From Trichosphaerium sp. ATCC 40318 (Eukaryota; Protista; Tubulinea), in assembly GCA_038496445.1 (NCBI GenBank), contig JALMLS010000573.1:248001-312000 (forward strand): a stretch of 64,000 bases of DNA. Reading direction: 5' to 3'. Positions 52,101-64,000 of the stretch are shown here, one piece after another. The notes under the pieces are model-generated. The model was not told the origin of the DNA and did no database searches. It saw nothing but the letters and a program-made list of their open reading frames with translations. The first letter of the stretch is position 1. Each line of letters begins with the position of its first letter. The position numbers and the translations under genes are program-made.

Positions 52101-53278
52101 TATTTTATTTGAACGCCTGTTATTTTCTTACCAGGTTGGTTTAGGGATAGAATGTCTCGGCGTAGTTTAACTCCAGTAACTCCTGAAATGCTGCAAGCAT
52201 TCGAACAAGGATTATACGTACCACCAACTCAAAGTCGTCCGTAAGTTGAATTTTCTGTTAAACCAGTTTTTTGTCATTACTAACTGATCATGTTAGAACA
52301 TCGATGCATTCTCATATATCTGGAGCTACTAGGCCACAATCAGTAAGTTGGGTTTTTTTTTCCGGCATATGGATAATCAGTGAATGCTTACTTTTTTCCC
52401 TCGTGTAGCAAGGTTTCTGGCGTCAGAGTCAACAACTAGGTCTTATGTCTATCAACCATGAAGTAGATGATATGCTTCGTACACTAAGAAAACAGTTTAC
52501 TCATTTGATGGAGGAGAGAAAATACTTACAACACGAAGCACATGCGCTAGACAAGAAGGTGCGTTCAATTTGAAAAAAAACCCTCTCCACTTAACCTTTT
52601 CGGCTTTTGATTACAAAAGAATACTTCCGTCATTTACTAACTGATACTGATACGCTGCATTACTGCGAAATACGTATTATTGGAATATTAATAGTTGTAT
52701 TAGCGATCCAAGTTTGAGGATGAGAAGAAGAGAATGGCAAAATACTTAAAGCAACATAACGGAAATCAAAAGATTCGTCTTAGTGTTGGTGGAGCAGAGT
52801 TTTGTACTACTTTATCTACCCTCACAAACGATAGAGATTCTATGTTAGCTTCTATGTTTAGTGGTAGATACAACGTTACCAAGGATGAATCCGTAAGTGC
52901 ATTGTTTTCTGAAAATCTTCTGAACGAATGAAAAGTTGCTTTGATTCTCCTTTTGTTGCACTGTATAATTATGTAGTACGATGATCACATAATCTTATTC
53001 TTTATATAGGGTTGTGTCTTTATAGACAGAGATGGGACTCATTTCCGTTATATTCTAAAGTATCCACACCAAGAACTTTTTTCTTTCCTTCTTTTTTCGT
53101 ATATTAAAAACCTTCACTGAAAAAAAGCTATCTTCGAGACGGAGCTATTACTCTACCTAAGGATGAGATACTCTATAATGATCTTCTTCGTGAGGCAAAA
53201 TTTTACCTTCTTGGAGGGTTGATTGAGCACTTGGAAGAGAAGTTAAACGCCTTTGAAGAAAAAGATAATGTAAAATAA
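49120..53278 (+). CDS. Kelch-repeat protein with C-terminal KCTD-type BTB/POZ domain
   Basis: About 6 Kelch blades (PIARNCH, PSKRYCHS, PTARYGHS, xxFGG/YGG, LDL..W), a coiled coil, then IRLSVGGAEFCTTLSTL..SMLASMFSG..FIDRDGTHFRYILNYLRDG. Confidence 0.9.
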
Positions 53279-54749
53279 CACCAAAAAAAAAGAAAACCAA
53301 ATCAAAACTGACCAAACTTATCCCTCGTACAGTACCTACAATACAGTACCTTTTTTTAAAAAACCCAGATGAAACAGATTTTTGTATTTTTATTATGATT
53401 GAAAAGAAAAGACAAAAAATAAAATAGATATTTCTTGCTTTACAAGCTGAATGTTAACGGTGATACTGATAAAGTTTTTGAAGAAATTTGTTCAACTTTT
53501 CACCTACATTGTTTAGAATTCCTTTCCTCAGTGCGCGGCCTTGTTCATGCAACTTGGGTAATGGTTATTGGTTTAGGCACTCGTATCATTTTACCTACAG
53601 GTGGTACCTTGAACGTTCAGGCTCAGAGCTTGGTTTTTGTTGATACTGGTGAAAAAACATAACAATGTTGAGCAAACTTCCTTACTTAATGCGCTAATTT
53701 TGCTAGGTTACTTGAGAGAGTTACAGTTTCGCTAGGGCTGCACTAAGAATTTTATGAGGTTACAGCACAAGCAATATTGCAAGGCAAAATCCAACGTATT
53801 CTAATATCGACAGCAGATAGGCTTGTGTTCTGTGTTGTACCTAATTCAAGCGACAGTTTCACTACTAAGTGGTTATGCCATATTTATTGTTTAGAATATT
53901 GTTTTCGCAGCTCGAGTTGGTGGAGCTTACGCCGAAAACACTTCACGGAGTAATGTTAAGTTGAACTTGTTGCCTATTTTGATTACCTTGTGTTCTATAA
54001 TGGTGTTAAGCGATTAACAATACATAGTTACACGTATTAGCTCAAACGGTATTGAGAACACTGAGGAATTGACCCGGATGTCGACAAACTATTAACGATA
54101 ATGCATATTTCGAGCTCGGTTTGGTTCATCATTGTGAGTATGTAGTTCACGTTAACGAGCAAACCTGTTTTATTTACGTGCTAGCACCCGTAAAACAAGT
54201 CATGAGGGATGAAAAATGCGTAGGTTATGAGTAGTGACGACTCAAAAAATGGATTTTTTTTTTTTCGGATCCGTCAATTCCTGAAAAACGCTAAGTTCAC
54301 TCTAACAGGTTTAAATACGTTCCTCGATACTAACTAGTTTAATATTGTAACGTTTTACGCATCATGATGAAAAAAAAAAACATGACATTTCTTGCAAGGT
54401 CCTTTCTTCGCGTTTTGGTGTAAAAAACAACACCTCATGGCGTAGAAAGTGCGATAAAACCACACGCGAGACTTAATTTTATGCATTGAACAAGTTAAGT
54501 CATAAAAACAGTTTGCAAGTACTGAGAGGAGCATTTCTCGAACTCTTTACCTTATAAGGTGCGCATAGTGTAAAAAGCAGACAACTAGACGTCTTTTAGT
54601 GATACAATACGCGTTTAAATTGTTTAACCACCTTATAGCTATAGCTATAACTACAAGACGAAATAGTGTGGTACGGCATTTCGATTGTAGGATTGCAAAA
54701 TTAACCGCTCTTTTTTTGTTAAGGCAGAATATTACGAAGAAATAAAAAA

Positions 54750-56570
54750 ATGCTTTCGAAAGGGCTAAAAAGGTACCTGAATTCTACAACTTTTTTATAC
54801 CTAAGTCTCCTCTCATTTTTTTTTTCAAGGCCATTAGCAGATAACCAAACTGAGCAACCGTCGAAGAAGCATAAACCAGAACCTGTAGAGTATGTTTTAA
54901 ATTGTGTCAAGGGGCAACAAATTATTCAACGTAAAAAAGACATGATTGCTGTACGTCAACAATTTGAGTTCTTTTGACATACCTTGACATACCTTGATGT
55001 AATGAAATATAGTCTGGAGAGATACCACCACCGATCGTTCTTTCATTGCACAAAATCACACGTACGTACAAGCATTCTTGTTTTTTTCCATTTTCTGGTT
55101 TATCACTCACAGCCACATAGTTTCAGATAAATTCCAAGATTATTGCTACAGCGTGGTTGTAGACTACATAGACAAACCAGAAAGATACACACCATGTACC
55201 GACAGTGTTCACCAAGACTATTTAGAAGTTGCACTTCCAGCACAACTTGCAAATAGGCGCCTTGCGGTGGTATGCTTCTTTATGTCAAATGGACTCTAAT
55301 ATTGTTAGGACAAGTATTTGTCCTACTATAAGTGTTTTAATACTGAGGAAATATACTTCTTATACTATTTCCTAGCTCCATTTTTATTGTACGTTGATGT
55401 TTCTAATTCTTGTTTTATTCTATTTATTTTTGCGTAATCTTGCGCTCATTTTTCTTTGCAGGGAACATTATAATGAAAAAGGCAAACTTAAAACTAAGTG
55501 CAGCACTTTTAAGCGTGAAAGAAAAGCGTTTGAAACCCAGGTTAATGCAGTTTTTCCACTTGAAACTAAATCTGTTTTTCTTTAGCTACACTTTCAACTT
55601 TTGAAGTTGCTTTGGTATAAGTTGTCAGTTGATCAACAGAATTCACTTCATTACGATTTTGTACCTATTTGTGCCTACGGATATGGAAACGAAACGAAAT
55701 ACTTGTACAAGCCAACTTACTTTATTGATTCTACTAACACAACTCTTTAGTAAGTCTAAAGTGAAAGTTCTTTCAGTGGGATACAATGGAGCAAGAAGTG
55801 ATCAAATACTGGGATGCAATGGAGTGACTATGGTTGACTTTATAAACGCACATCCGTTTGAGTTTGTACCGAAAAAAATAACTGACAAGTTTAAACACAT
55901 AGCGAATACTTATTTCTCTTCAGTAAGTTATCTATTTATCATTGCTATTAATGTTATTTTTTAGAAAAAACGAAAAGGACACCACTACTTTTCCAGAATA
56001 TCAATGCTTCTGAACGGTATCGATGCAGACTATTGTTCTGAAACCATAAAAAACACTTGCTTGCATATTGACTTACTGTCACCTTTTACAACTGCTGAAA
56101 ACTGGGGAAGTCTTTCAGGCATGAATTACATTACAAAGCAAAGAAAGAAACTAACCCCTTTTAAAATAGACCCAATAAAACAAATGAATGAAGTGTTTTC
56201 ACCTTTAGCTCTTCATAGAATTACTCATCTAAAACCAGACATTGTTTTTATGAGTTTAACGCTTAAACATGTTCAATATACCTTTACAATTGGTCCTTGT
56301 AGAGTTGTTGACGGTTGTAGCATTGTAAAAACAAAGAGGACATACAATTTGATTTATGCTGTAGCTACATTAATACTACCAGATAACAATCGTCATGACT
56401 TCTTAATGTTTCAAATCGCACCTCAACAACTACCAGCAGGTGGTCTATCAAATGTTGAAACAATTGGATGGGGCATAGAAATGAAGCAATTTTTGCGTAA
56501 GTTTTGTGATAGAAACAAAAAGACGTACAAAAATTTAGTGAAAAGGCTAAGAGCGGGATATTCTTTTTGA
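54750..56570 (+). CDS. Hypothetical multi-exon protein
   Basis: Several open exons bounded by GT/AG, an NLS-like PSKKHK, and a long terminal exon (56004-56570). No family recognised. Confidence 0.5.
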
Positions 56571-57653
56571 AACGCCACAAAATTAATGTTGAAAAATAAC
56601 AATAAATAAAATACATGTTGAGCAATTTGGTTTGGGTTTTTTTAAATCACATGGCACTATGCCTAAGCTAACAACTGATAGACTTCTGGAAAGTTAAATT
56701 TAAATGTACACGTTTTGACTGTGTGGAGGGTTTAAGTTTCGAGGCAACAATTAGTGAGCTATGGGATTTTTATTATGTGTTAGCTTCACTTGGTCTTGTT
56801 AGTCCAACTACCAGATTGGAGGGGAATGCATCTCCCTCGGCGTCAATATGTGTTTTTCACTCCAACATAACTTCAGTACAACATTGGAGCAACACACCAT
56901 CAAGTCAGGTCTTGAATTCTCAAGTTACTTGCCACCCGCATATCAACTATTAAAGGAGAACAAGTGCTCGGGATTTAAGCGTAATTTGATCAAACAAACA
57001 AGACCTGAAACCACAGTTTACGCCTACCAGCGATAGCTGTTAGTAGTGCGTAACAACTTTTCACAATCAGAGTTCTTTGTCTACAACAATCCAATCGGCA
57101 TTGCAACATTTTCGACTTTTCGGCTCGATTCGAATAGTTTTATCGCTATCCACACTGTGCCACCAATGGCGTACTATTTGGGCTGAATGTAGGATAAGAA
57201 AAGGTGTCGTCCCACGTGTTTCGTTAAGATAGCTGCTATAGACATGACTGCTATTTTGGAATTGTTTGTTAAATTGTCTTTGTAGATTAATGTCGCTTTT
57301 GATGGTTGTTAGGTACAGTCATTGGGCCGTATAAACTTGGGAACGATACGCAGCGTTTAATCGCTCTGGAATAGGGCACTGTGACATATCTGTTTTCGCA
57401 CTCAATTCTACAGCGAACAATTAAAGAGATGTACAAAAGATTGTAGAAGAGAAAATTAGAAACAGCTTACATGAGGCTTGATCTGTTGGTAGGATAATTG
57501 TTTTCACATCTTCAAAATTTTTAGTTTGCACTCTGTGCCAGTCATTGTGGATTCAAAAATAAGCAGTAATTGTATTTAAAAGGTTTATTTATTGATTAAA
57601 ACAATAACACTGTGTTTTGTGAAAGGTTTTTGCTTGCTATCAACCTCCCTTAT

Positions 57654-60600
57654 TTATAGAACAGTTGATCCAGGCATGTTCATACTGATTCCTCTGATAT
57701 TGAGATGTTTCGAGCAAAGTATAGCTCCTCGTTGAGCCATACGTACAGGAGATGGAACCGAAATAGGATCTATGAAGCATTAAGACAAAAAGTTAAAATG
57801 CAAATATTGAAATTCATGTTGTACTGTTCATGTTAAAGTATAGCAAACAGAGGCCATAAGTTAGCTGTACGATAACGTTTTGATCAAACTGAGCGATAGT
57901 AGTATCAAATAAAATCTCGTAGCGCGTTGGACGAGCCAACTGCTTGGTGCCTTTAACCTACAAAAAAAAATAAATTTGGCTTAGAAGCATCAAAACTCAA
58001 ATAATAGCCGTACAGTTTTCCCAACGTGAGATTGTAGAATAAATCCACGTTGTGGCCAATGCGTTATAGGTGCAACTAAGCTACTACTGTCTTCGCTGTC
58101 AGCTTCTTGATTTGCCATAGCGTGAGGATCACCATCAGTATGTGTTAAATTTTCAGCATAAATACCCTCTTCAACTGCACGAAGAGATGCTTCTGGTGTT
58201 GTTTTCTCAACAAACAATGCATTTCGTATTTTGACCAAATGCGTGTCTATAAGAGTGCCTGGCTCGAGGTTATCGACATTAGTTCCTAAAGTACATAAAT
58301 AAGTATTTGTTAACAACTGAAACTGAAGAAAAATGAAATGTTGTTTTTCACTCACCTCTTTGTGTAACTGCCATGATACGTGTTTTTATACGTCCAATGA
58401 CACAAATATACTGCATTGTTATTACTTGGTTTCCATTGGAAGTCACATTGTAAGTCTAGGAAATCCACGTGAGTGAAACAAGCTATCTCAATAAAGACAA
58501 AAGCTTTTACCTTTACTAGTTTGGCAATACTATTGATTTCAGCATCTCTCCCTCTCACGCCTCCTTCACTATTTTTCTGTTAGTGGCAAACCGTGTGTAT
58601 TATTATAAAAGCATACCGGTATATTATGAGGTATTTTGGATACCCTCCAGTATCAGCTTTATGACCTAAGTACAGTTTAACATTTCAAAACAATAGGGTT
58701 TTAATTTCATACGTTCAAAGGCATTCTCAAACCATTCCTAAAGGAAAAAAGGTATTAGCTACTTGTACAGATCAACAATACTTACCAGTGAAACGTTTCC
58801 GTCTGCCGCAGATGTAACTTGTTTAGAGTAAACAACCTCACTTGGGTATCCACTGTCCGAACTTCCGTACATCGTAAACCTAAAAGATAAGTGAGTTTTT
58901 CTGTACATCGAACCATAACGCACATGCATAACCACCGTTTACCGCCTGTACTTGAACTAGCGATCCCGCATATTACCATACTAGATAAGAACTTGCTGTT
59001 GATACTAGGATGACCCCAGTTCGTGATCTTCCAAGGTAATCCACCCAACTTTCTTACAACCTAGATAACAATTATCAATGGAGCTTTTGGTTAACGAAAA
59101 AGCGCCTCACACGTGCCTGAATACATAACTTTTGTAGAGCTGAATGTTTTAAGAGTACACTAAAAAGGAACGATACATGAGCAAGAAAACTTTGATGTAA
59201 CAAAACAATGTGAAAGAAAATAGTACCTTGCATGAACACATTGAGACACAACATTGTATTGGTCAAGTTTTTCCTTTATGACTCTATAGAGGTGATCGTT
59301 ATCACCTTTTCTACCAGAAAAAATAACGAGGACAAATCTGTATTTGGCTCCGCTGTCAAGCTCTTCGTTCAACTTGCGTTCTAATCTAAAAAAAGATGTC
59401 TGATAAGTAACTTTTTTGTCAAACAGTTTTTTTTTTCTCTTACTCATTATTTTTAAACACCACCACTTTAGTTTGGTTGTTAGCTATCATCCCATACTCT
59501 TTCATTTTATTAAAAAAGCTATTCTCACTATTTTGAGCACCACCAGCGACAAAAACAATCCAAGGATCTCTAAAGTCCAACCTCCTAGAAACAGTGTTTT
59601 GATCCCAATGTGTCGTTTTTGGATCTACTTTTTTAGAATTACGTGGCGCCATCTCTAGCCTAGATACAAACATTATTGTTGTTGCTATCAATAGGTACAC
59701 AATCTGAAGTAAAACGCACGTGATAGGGTTAATATAAACACCATCAAACTGTAAGGGAGCATCCTCAATAGTAAAGTTCCATTTATCAAGATCTCCTCCC
59801 TTTGAAGCTTGCAAAGTATTTGCATTGTTAATGACGACATCATATCTTTTGCGTGCATCAATCTTAGTCAAACTATCCATTTCTTTGATATCCTTTGGAC
59901 TAAAAACTCCAATTAGGTACAAAAGTAACACTATTCCCATTGCCAGTGGCACATACCTTAGGTTACCAATGATACGGCATAATTGCGGAAGGTACCTTGT
60001 ACTCTTATCGTTCTGTCTAGCTGGCCTGCAAAAAAAGGTGAGAAAGAGAAGGGAAGTGACCATTACTGTATTTTACGCACACTATCAATGGTTGGTTAAC
60101 ATCAATTGTTATGGTGTATGTATTGTAGTAGTATTCTTCAAAGGTAAGTGAGTTCTCGTCTTCACTGTCAATTCTGAGTTTGTTCAATGGTATACCCTCA
60201 TGAAAGTCCAAGGATCTGCAAATCAAGAAGGTAAGTATGAAATAAGACGAAGGAAAGAAAACACTTACTCAGCAAAAAAAGATACTCTGCGCTTGCCATA
60301 GTTCGTAACCATTTGCTTATGAGAAATGAAGTCCCTCAATTTTCTGTTGCGAGGAAGTTCATGAAACCTACCTATTGTATACAGTTAACTTAAACATGTG
60401 GAAGTACAAGTACTAACCATATTCTTTGATTGTGTCCCAGACAGTCTCTACAGGTAGAAGTAAGCAACGTCACCTAGAGACAAACAAAAAAAAACTCACG
60501 TGTTTTTAGACACTTATAGATGTTATCAACAAATATTAAATCTACATCAGCACAAACAAAACCACGCCCACGATAAGGTGCTGTAGCACCTTCATAAACA

Positions 60601-61643
60601 TCCATGTATCTCATTTTTTTCACTGGAGTTTTCCTCAATTGGTCACGCCCTAGCCTTAAGGGAAATTGTTTGCCAAGCATCTTAAACAAGAACAGTATTA
60701 GCGCCTTATCTGCTTGTTAACCATGAATAAAACGTACTATTCTTAGTATGGAGTTAATGATGTGGCTCCTAGCCGCGGCGTTTGTGTTAACATCAACTGT
60801 AGCTACATACTTGAACTGTAGAAAATACTCTCTTTTTCCTGGGACACCTTTGAGTGGCACATCTGTAAAATGAATGACGTTAATGTCAAAATTGAAAGCA
60901 AAGTAAAGTGGTACAGCGTGACCCCTTTAAAAGCAAATGTGGCTGTAAACGTACTTGGTACAGTTGCATCTTCCTTTAGAAGATACAAGTTTCTACCGCC
61001 CATTATCCAACTAGAAGATAACTAAATACACAATATCTAGCGCTAACTAATACGCACGGGGTATTTGGTATATTATTATTGATCCACACTGAAACCAAGA
61101 TTGAGAGTAGTCTCATTGAATATATCATGGGCTAAAAAAACGTGTCATCAAAAATGGATTAAACGAAAACATGTGCATACCTGTATTTCAATAGAATACA
61201 TCTGTATGGGACATTTGGGCTCGATATGCACCTTGAATGCATTTGACACAAGCCACACAGTTTTGTTTGGCTCGTGTTTATACAAAAACGACTTTTTTAC
61301 TTCGTCTTCGTCAACATCGTAATCTACATCGTAGTATGTATACTACATACAAGTAAGCAGAGAAAGACACTGTATTCATTCACACCTCTGGCTCACATCT
61401 TATTCGGTCGTATTTACCTAAAAAAAAACCACGTGACAAAAGTGATGACATGACTTAAAACATACCATCCAAATCAAGAGGCTTCAGTTGGCTTCTTCCA
61501 GGCCTTGGTCCTCTACCTCGCCAACCGCCACTGCCGCCTCTATCACCCCAGCCGCCTCTATCACCTCTACCGCCTCTATCACCCCAGCCGCCTCTCTGTG
61601 GAGCTCTTCCTCGTTGTGGGTAGGGCTCGAACCTACGTGCCAT
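57654..61643 (-). CDS. Argonaute/PIWI-family protein, predicted catalytically inactive
   Basis: N-terminal RGG tract. PAZ: MVTNYG..FEEYYYNTYTITI..QPLI..YLPQLC. MID: LYRVIK..VVSQCV..Q..KLGGLPW. PIWI: IIYR, PGTLIDT, ARPTRYEI, LTYGLCLLYFN, PISVPSPV. Confidence 0.9.
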
Positions 61644-62435
61644 ACTAAAACGTTTTTAGTGAGTGGAAAAAACCGTTGGGAACAAGTTCACAAGTTCGTA
61701 CATACGACAACCTTTTTGCTGTAAAACTTATTCCTGAAGTGGCTGTATCGCAAAACAGTGAGTTATATTCTTTTAGCGTTATGTCTCTAACGTACCTTCT
61801 TGTAGTGTGGTTAACTCTAATACTGAGGTTTGGAGACCGCTAGTAACATGTTGTGACACTAAAATAAAATAACGGTTTTTGCGTTAAGTTAAGGAGTACG
61901 TAACTAGAGGTCTTAGAAAAACAGTTATCGACTTAACCGGTTTTGGCAATTCGTAACCGGTTCGGTTACAGTTACGATATATTGAACGTTGTTGGGTTCA
62001 TTGTCAGCCACCTGACGCTTGTTTTTAATCCAAACTACTCTCACAAACTATAAAATACAAAGTTCTACACGTTGAGTGGCTGAAAGCCTAATATTGAGTC
62101 GTCTTTTTTAAATTTACGGCCAATCACGTGACAATTTTCTAGATCTTTACAACCATACAGGATTCGCCAAACTTTTCAACATCGTTTCAAGTTGCAACGG
62201 AACATAAAAGTTCAAATATGTAAGCTCAAGTTGTATGTTTATCTTAGTAGAATGCATCTTCGTAGAATGCAGTTTTCCACTGAGGATCTGGGTAAACAAT
62301 CTTATTGGAAGAGTGTCGTTGGATATGAAGATGTTTCACACACTGTCAACTTCTTTCGCAAGGCATATGAAAATAGTACTGACTTTACTTTGACTGCGAG
62401 GTCTGGGAACCACTCTAAGCTTTAATGTGTAAACT

Positions 62436-62778
62436 ATGGCGGACTTGGAGGAATTCTTGTCGTTTGAGTCGTGTTCTTGTGTACTTCAACCAACTGAGCC
62501 TCCTACCAGCGTACCTACTCAGCAACCAACTGAGCTGCCATCTCAAAGACCTACAGAGGCACCATCAATAGCGACAAGCATGTATCTTTTTGATATTAAA
62601 CGAGTTTGTATTAATTCTATTTCTAGTATTGTTCCAAGAAATCACGTGTCTTCAATACGATGGTACTGATCAAGGCCGCTCATTTGATGGATTACTTGAT
62701 ATCTTCTTATCAAGATTCGCTATTGCACTCTTTTTTTTACACGTCACAATAAACTTACACGTCAAACAAGACATCTGA
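62436..62778 (+). pseudogene. Fragment of a Pro/Thr-linker surface protein gene
   Basis: PTEPPTSVPTQQPTELPSQRPTEAPS followed by ITCLQYDG. A similar fragment lies near 15000-15125. No intact gene model. Confidence 0.35.
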
Positions 62779-62968
62779 AAAGCCTGAAATTAGCTGCAAT
62801 TTATACATTTGAACAAGCTAACTACGTCCTTGTAGTGATTATGACACGGTATTTATAAAATATCTTTACTACTGTATGTTCATTGTCAACAAAAAGCCAG
62901 ATTTGCATTTGTAACCAGTCATTACTTTATGGTTTGTTTTGAACATCAACATCTGGTAGTCCAAGTGC

Positions 62969-63781
62969 CTATGGCTCAGCATGGACGAAAGGTACACCAT
63001 TCGTGTAAATGTAGTGAAATGATAATGAATAAGAACGGAATCTCTTATCCCATTTTTTGTATTCTCCCTCCTTCTTACCGTTTGAATAGTTGCATAGTAC
63101 TGAAGGAAGTCCACTTGGGAAATACTTCTGACACCTTCCTTCTTTTTTATTGTTTTTGAAATAACAACGCCTCCTCACTTGTCCGTTTGGATACCAAATC
63201 GTATATTGTCCTTGTAAATATCCATAATTGTAAGAACACGTCTCCATTACCTGTCCTGTAGGATACCACCTATAACACTTACCGTAAGCCAAAACAACTG
63301 ATAAACAAACAGAATATCAGACTTTTACAACCCTTTTGCTATTTAAACAGTGTAGATGAATACCTCTTGAATACGCCATGCTTAAGACCATATTTGTAGT
63401 GACATTGCATCTGAAGAGTTGGTTTGTCAAGCTTAATTTCAAGCGTTTTATAAGGATAAGGATCACCTACACAAAGCCTTTAATAATGCTAATGATAGCG
63501 TCAGTCAAAGTGAGGTTGTCATTACCTGTCTTAACCCTATAGGCCACAGCATCGTAGGTATACCATCTAGTATATTCTCCATGCTTGAAGCCATGATCAT
63601 ACCAACATTGGCTTACAATGTGCCCTTGTTTTATTTCCATCCATTTACCATGCTTATTTAATGATCCATCGTATCTTGTGCTTATTGCTGTGTCACGTGA
63701 TAAACAAGGCCAAATTTTATAAACTGTCAGGCTTAGATCTAATATGTAGTAGTGGAGCTCAAGAGGGAGGTGTAACAGCAA
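62969..63781 (-). pseudogene. Disrupted F-box-like / MORN-variant repeat gene, paralog of 26714-27460
   Basis: LLHLPLELHYYIL...KHGKW...HGEYTRWY plus further YxxGxxxG..W..NG repeats. No adjacent in-frame ATG and the reading frame is broken. Confidence 0.65.
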
Positions 63782-64000
63782 ATTACAGCTGTTTTCTCGC
63801 GAAATGCAGCTGCTCTACTGGTTGATAAATACTTAGGCAACGAATCGTCATGCGTTATCTGTAGGTGTACCTTATTCTCCATTGTCGTTGAGGAGATTCT
63901 ATTCTTGGGTTTAGGTTTGTTTTTTTCGGTTATGTAATCAAGTCAAACCTAACCACATGTCTCTGATATCCACAAAGAAGACAGAAGGTTTTCCGAAGTA

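Noticed and set aside
53435-54017. Possible 3' fragment of a membrane-anchored protein gene
   Set aside because: Only a hydrophobic terminal exon is plausible. No start or family could be supported.
61900-62150. Second hAT-like MITE upstream of the PIWI gene
   Set aside because: A TAGAG start and TAACCGG motifs are present, but the right TIR is poor and no TSD was found.

Overview
This is AT-rich, intron-dense eukaryotic DNA with mostly 40-60 nt introns. The P2X receptor closely resembles the Dictyostelium type, which suggests an amoebozoan. Recognisable genes are a P2X receptor, XRN2, a universal stress protein, an acyl-CoA dehydrogenase, a Kelch-BTB(KCTD) protein, a PIWI/Argonaute that appears slicer-dead, a secreted non-specific endonuclease, a GPI-type Pro-rich surface protein, a 5'-truncated pectin-acetylesterase/Notum gene, and two F-box-like/MORN-variant genes. 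The standout is a three-member family with the architecture ankyrin array - helical linker - PARP-type (H-Y-E) ADP-ribosyltransferase - coiled coil, in which every ankyrin repeat is its own phase-1 exon. One copy has a very recent 154-bp exon+intron amplification whose exon differences are all amino-acid changing and mostly at ligand-binding positions. The other two copies are head-to-head with near-identical 5' ends and catalytic domains but completely different repeat arrays. This pattern is consistent with a diversifying sensor-effector (immune-like) system. The window also holds a 109-bp block that is invariant in two otherwise diverged copies (candidate ncRNA), a miniature LTR element with PBS, PPT and TSD, several MITEs, and strong CACGTG enrichment. 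All gene models, alignments and counts were made by eye, so exon boundaries are approximate.
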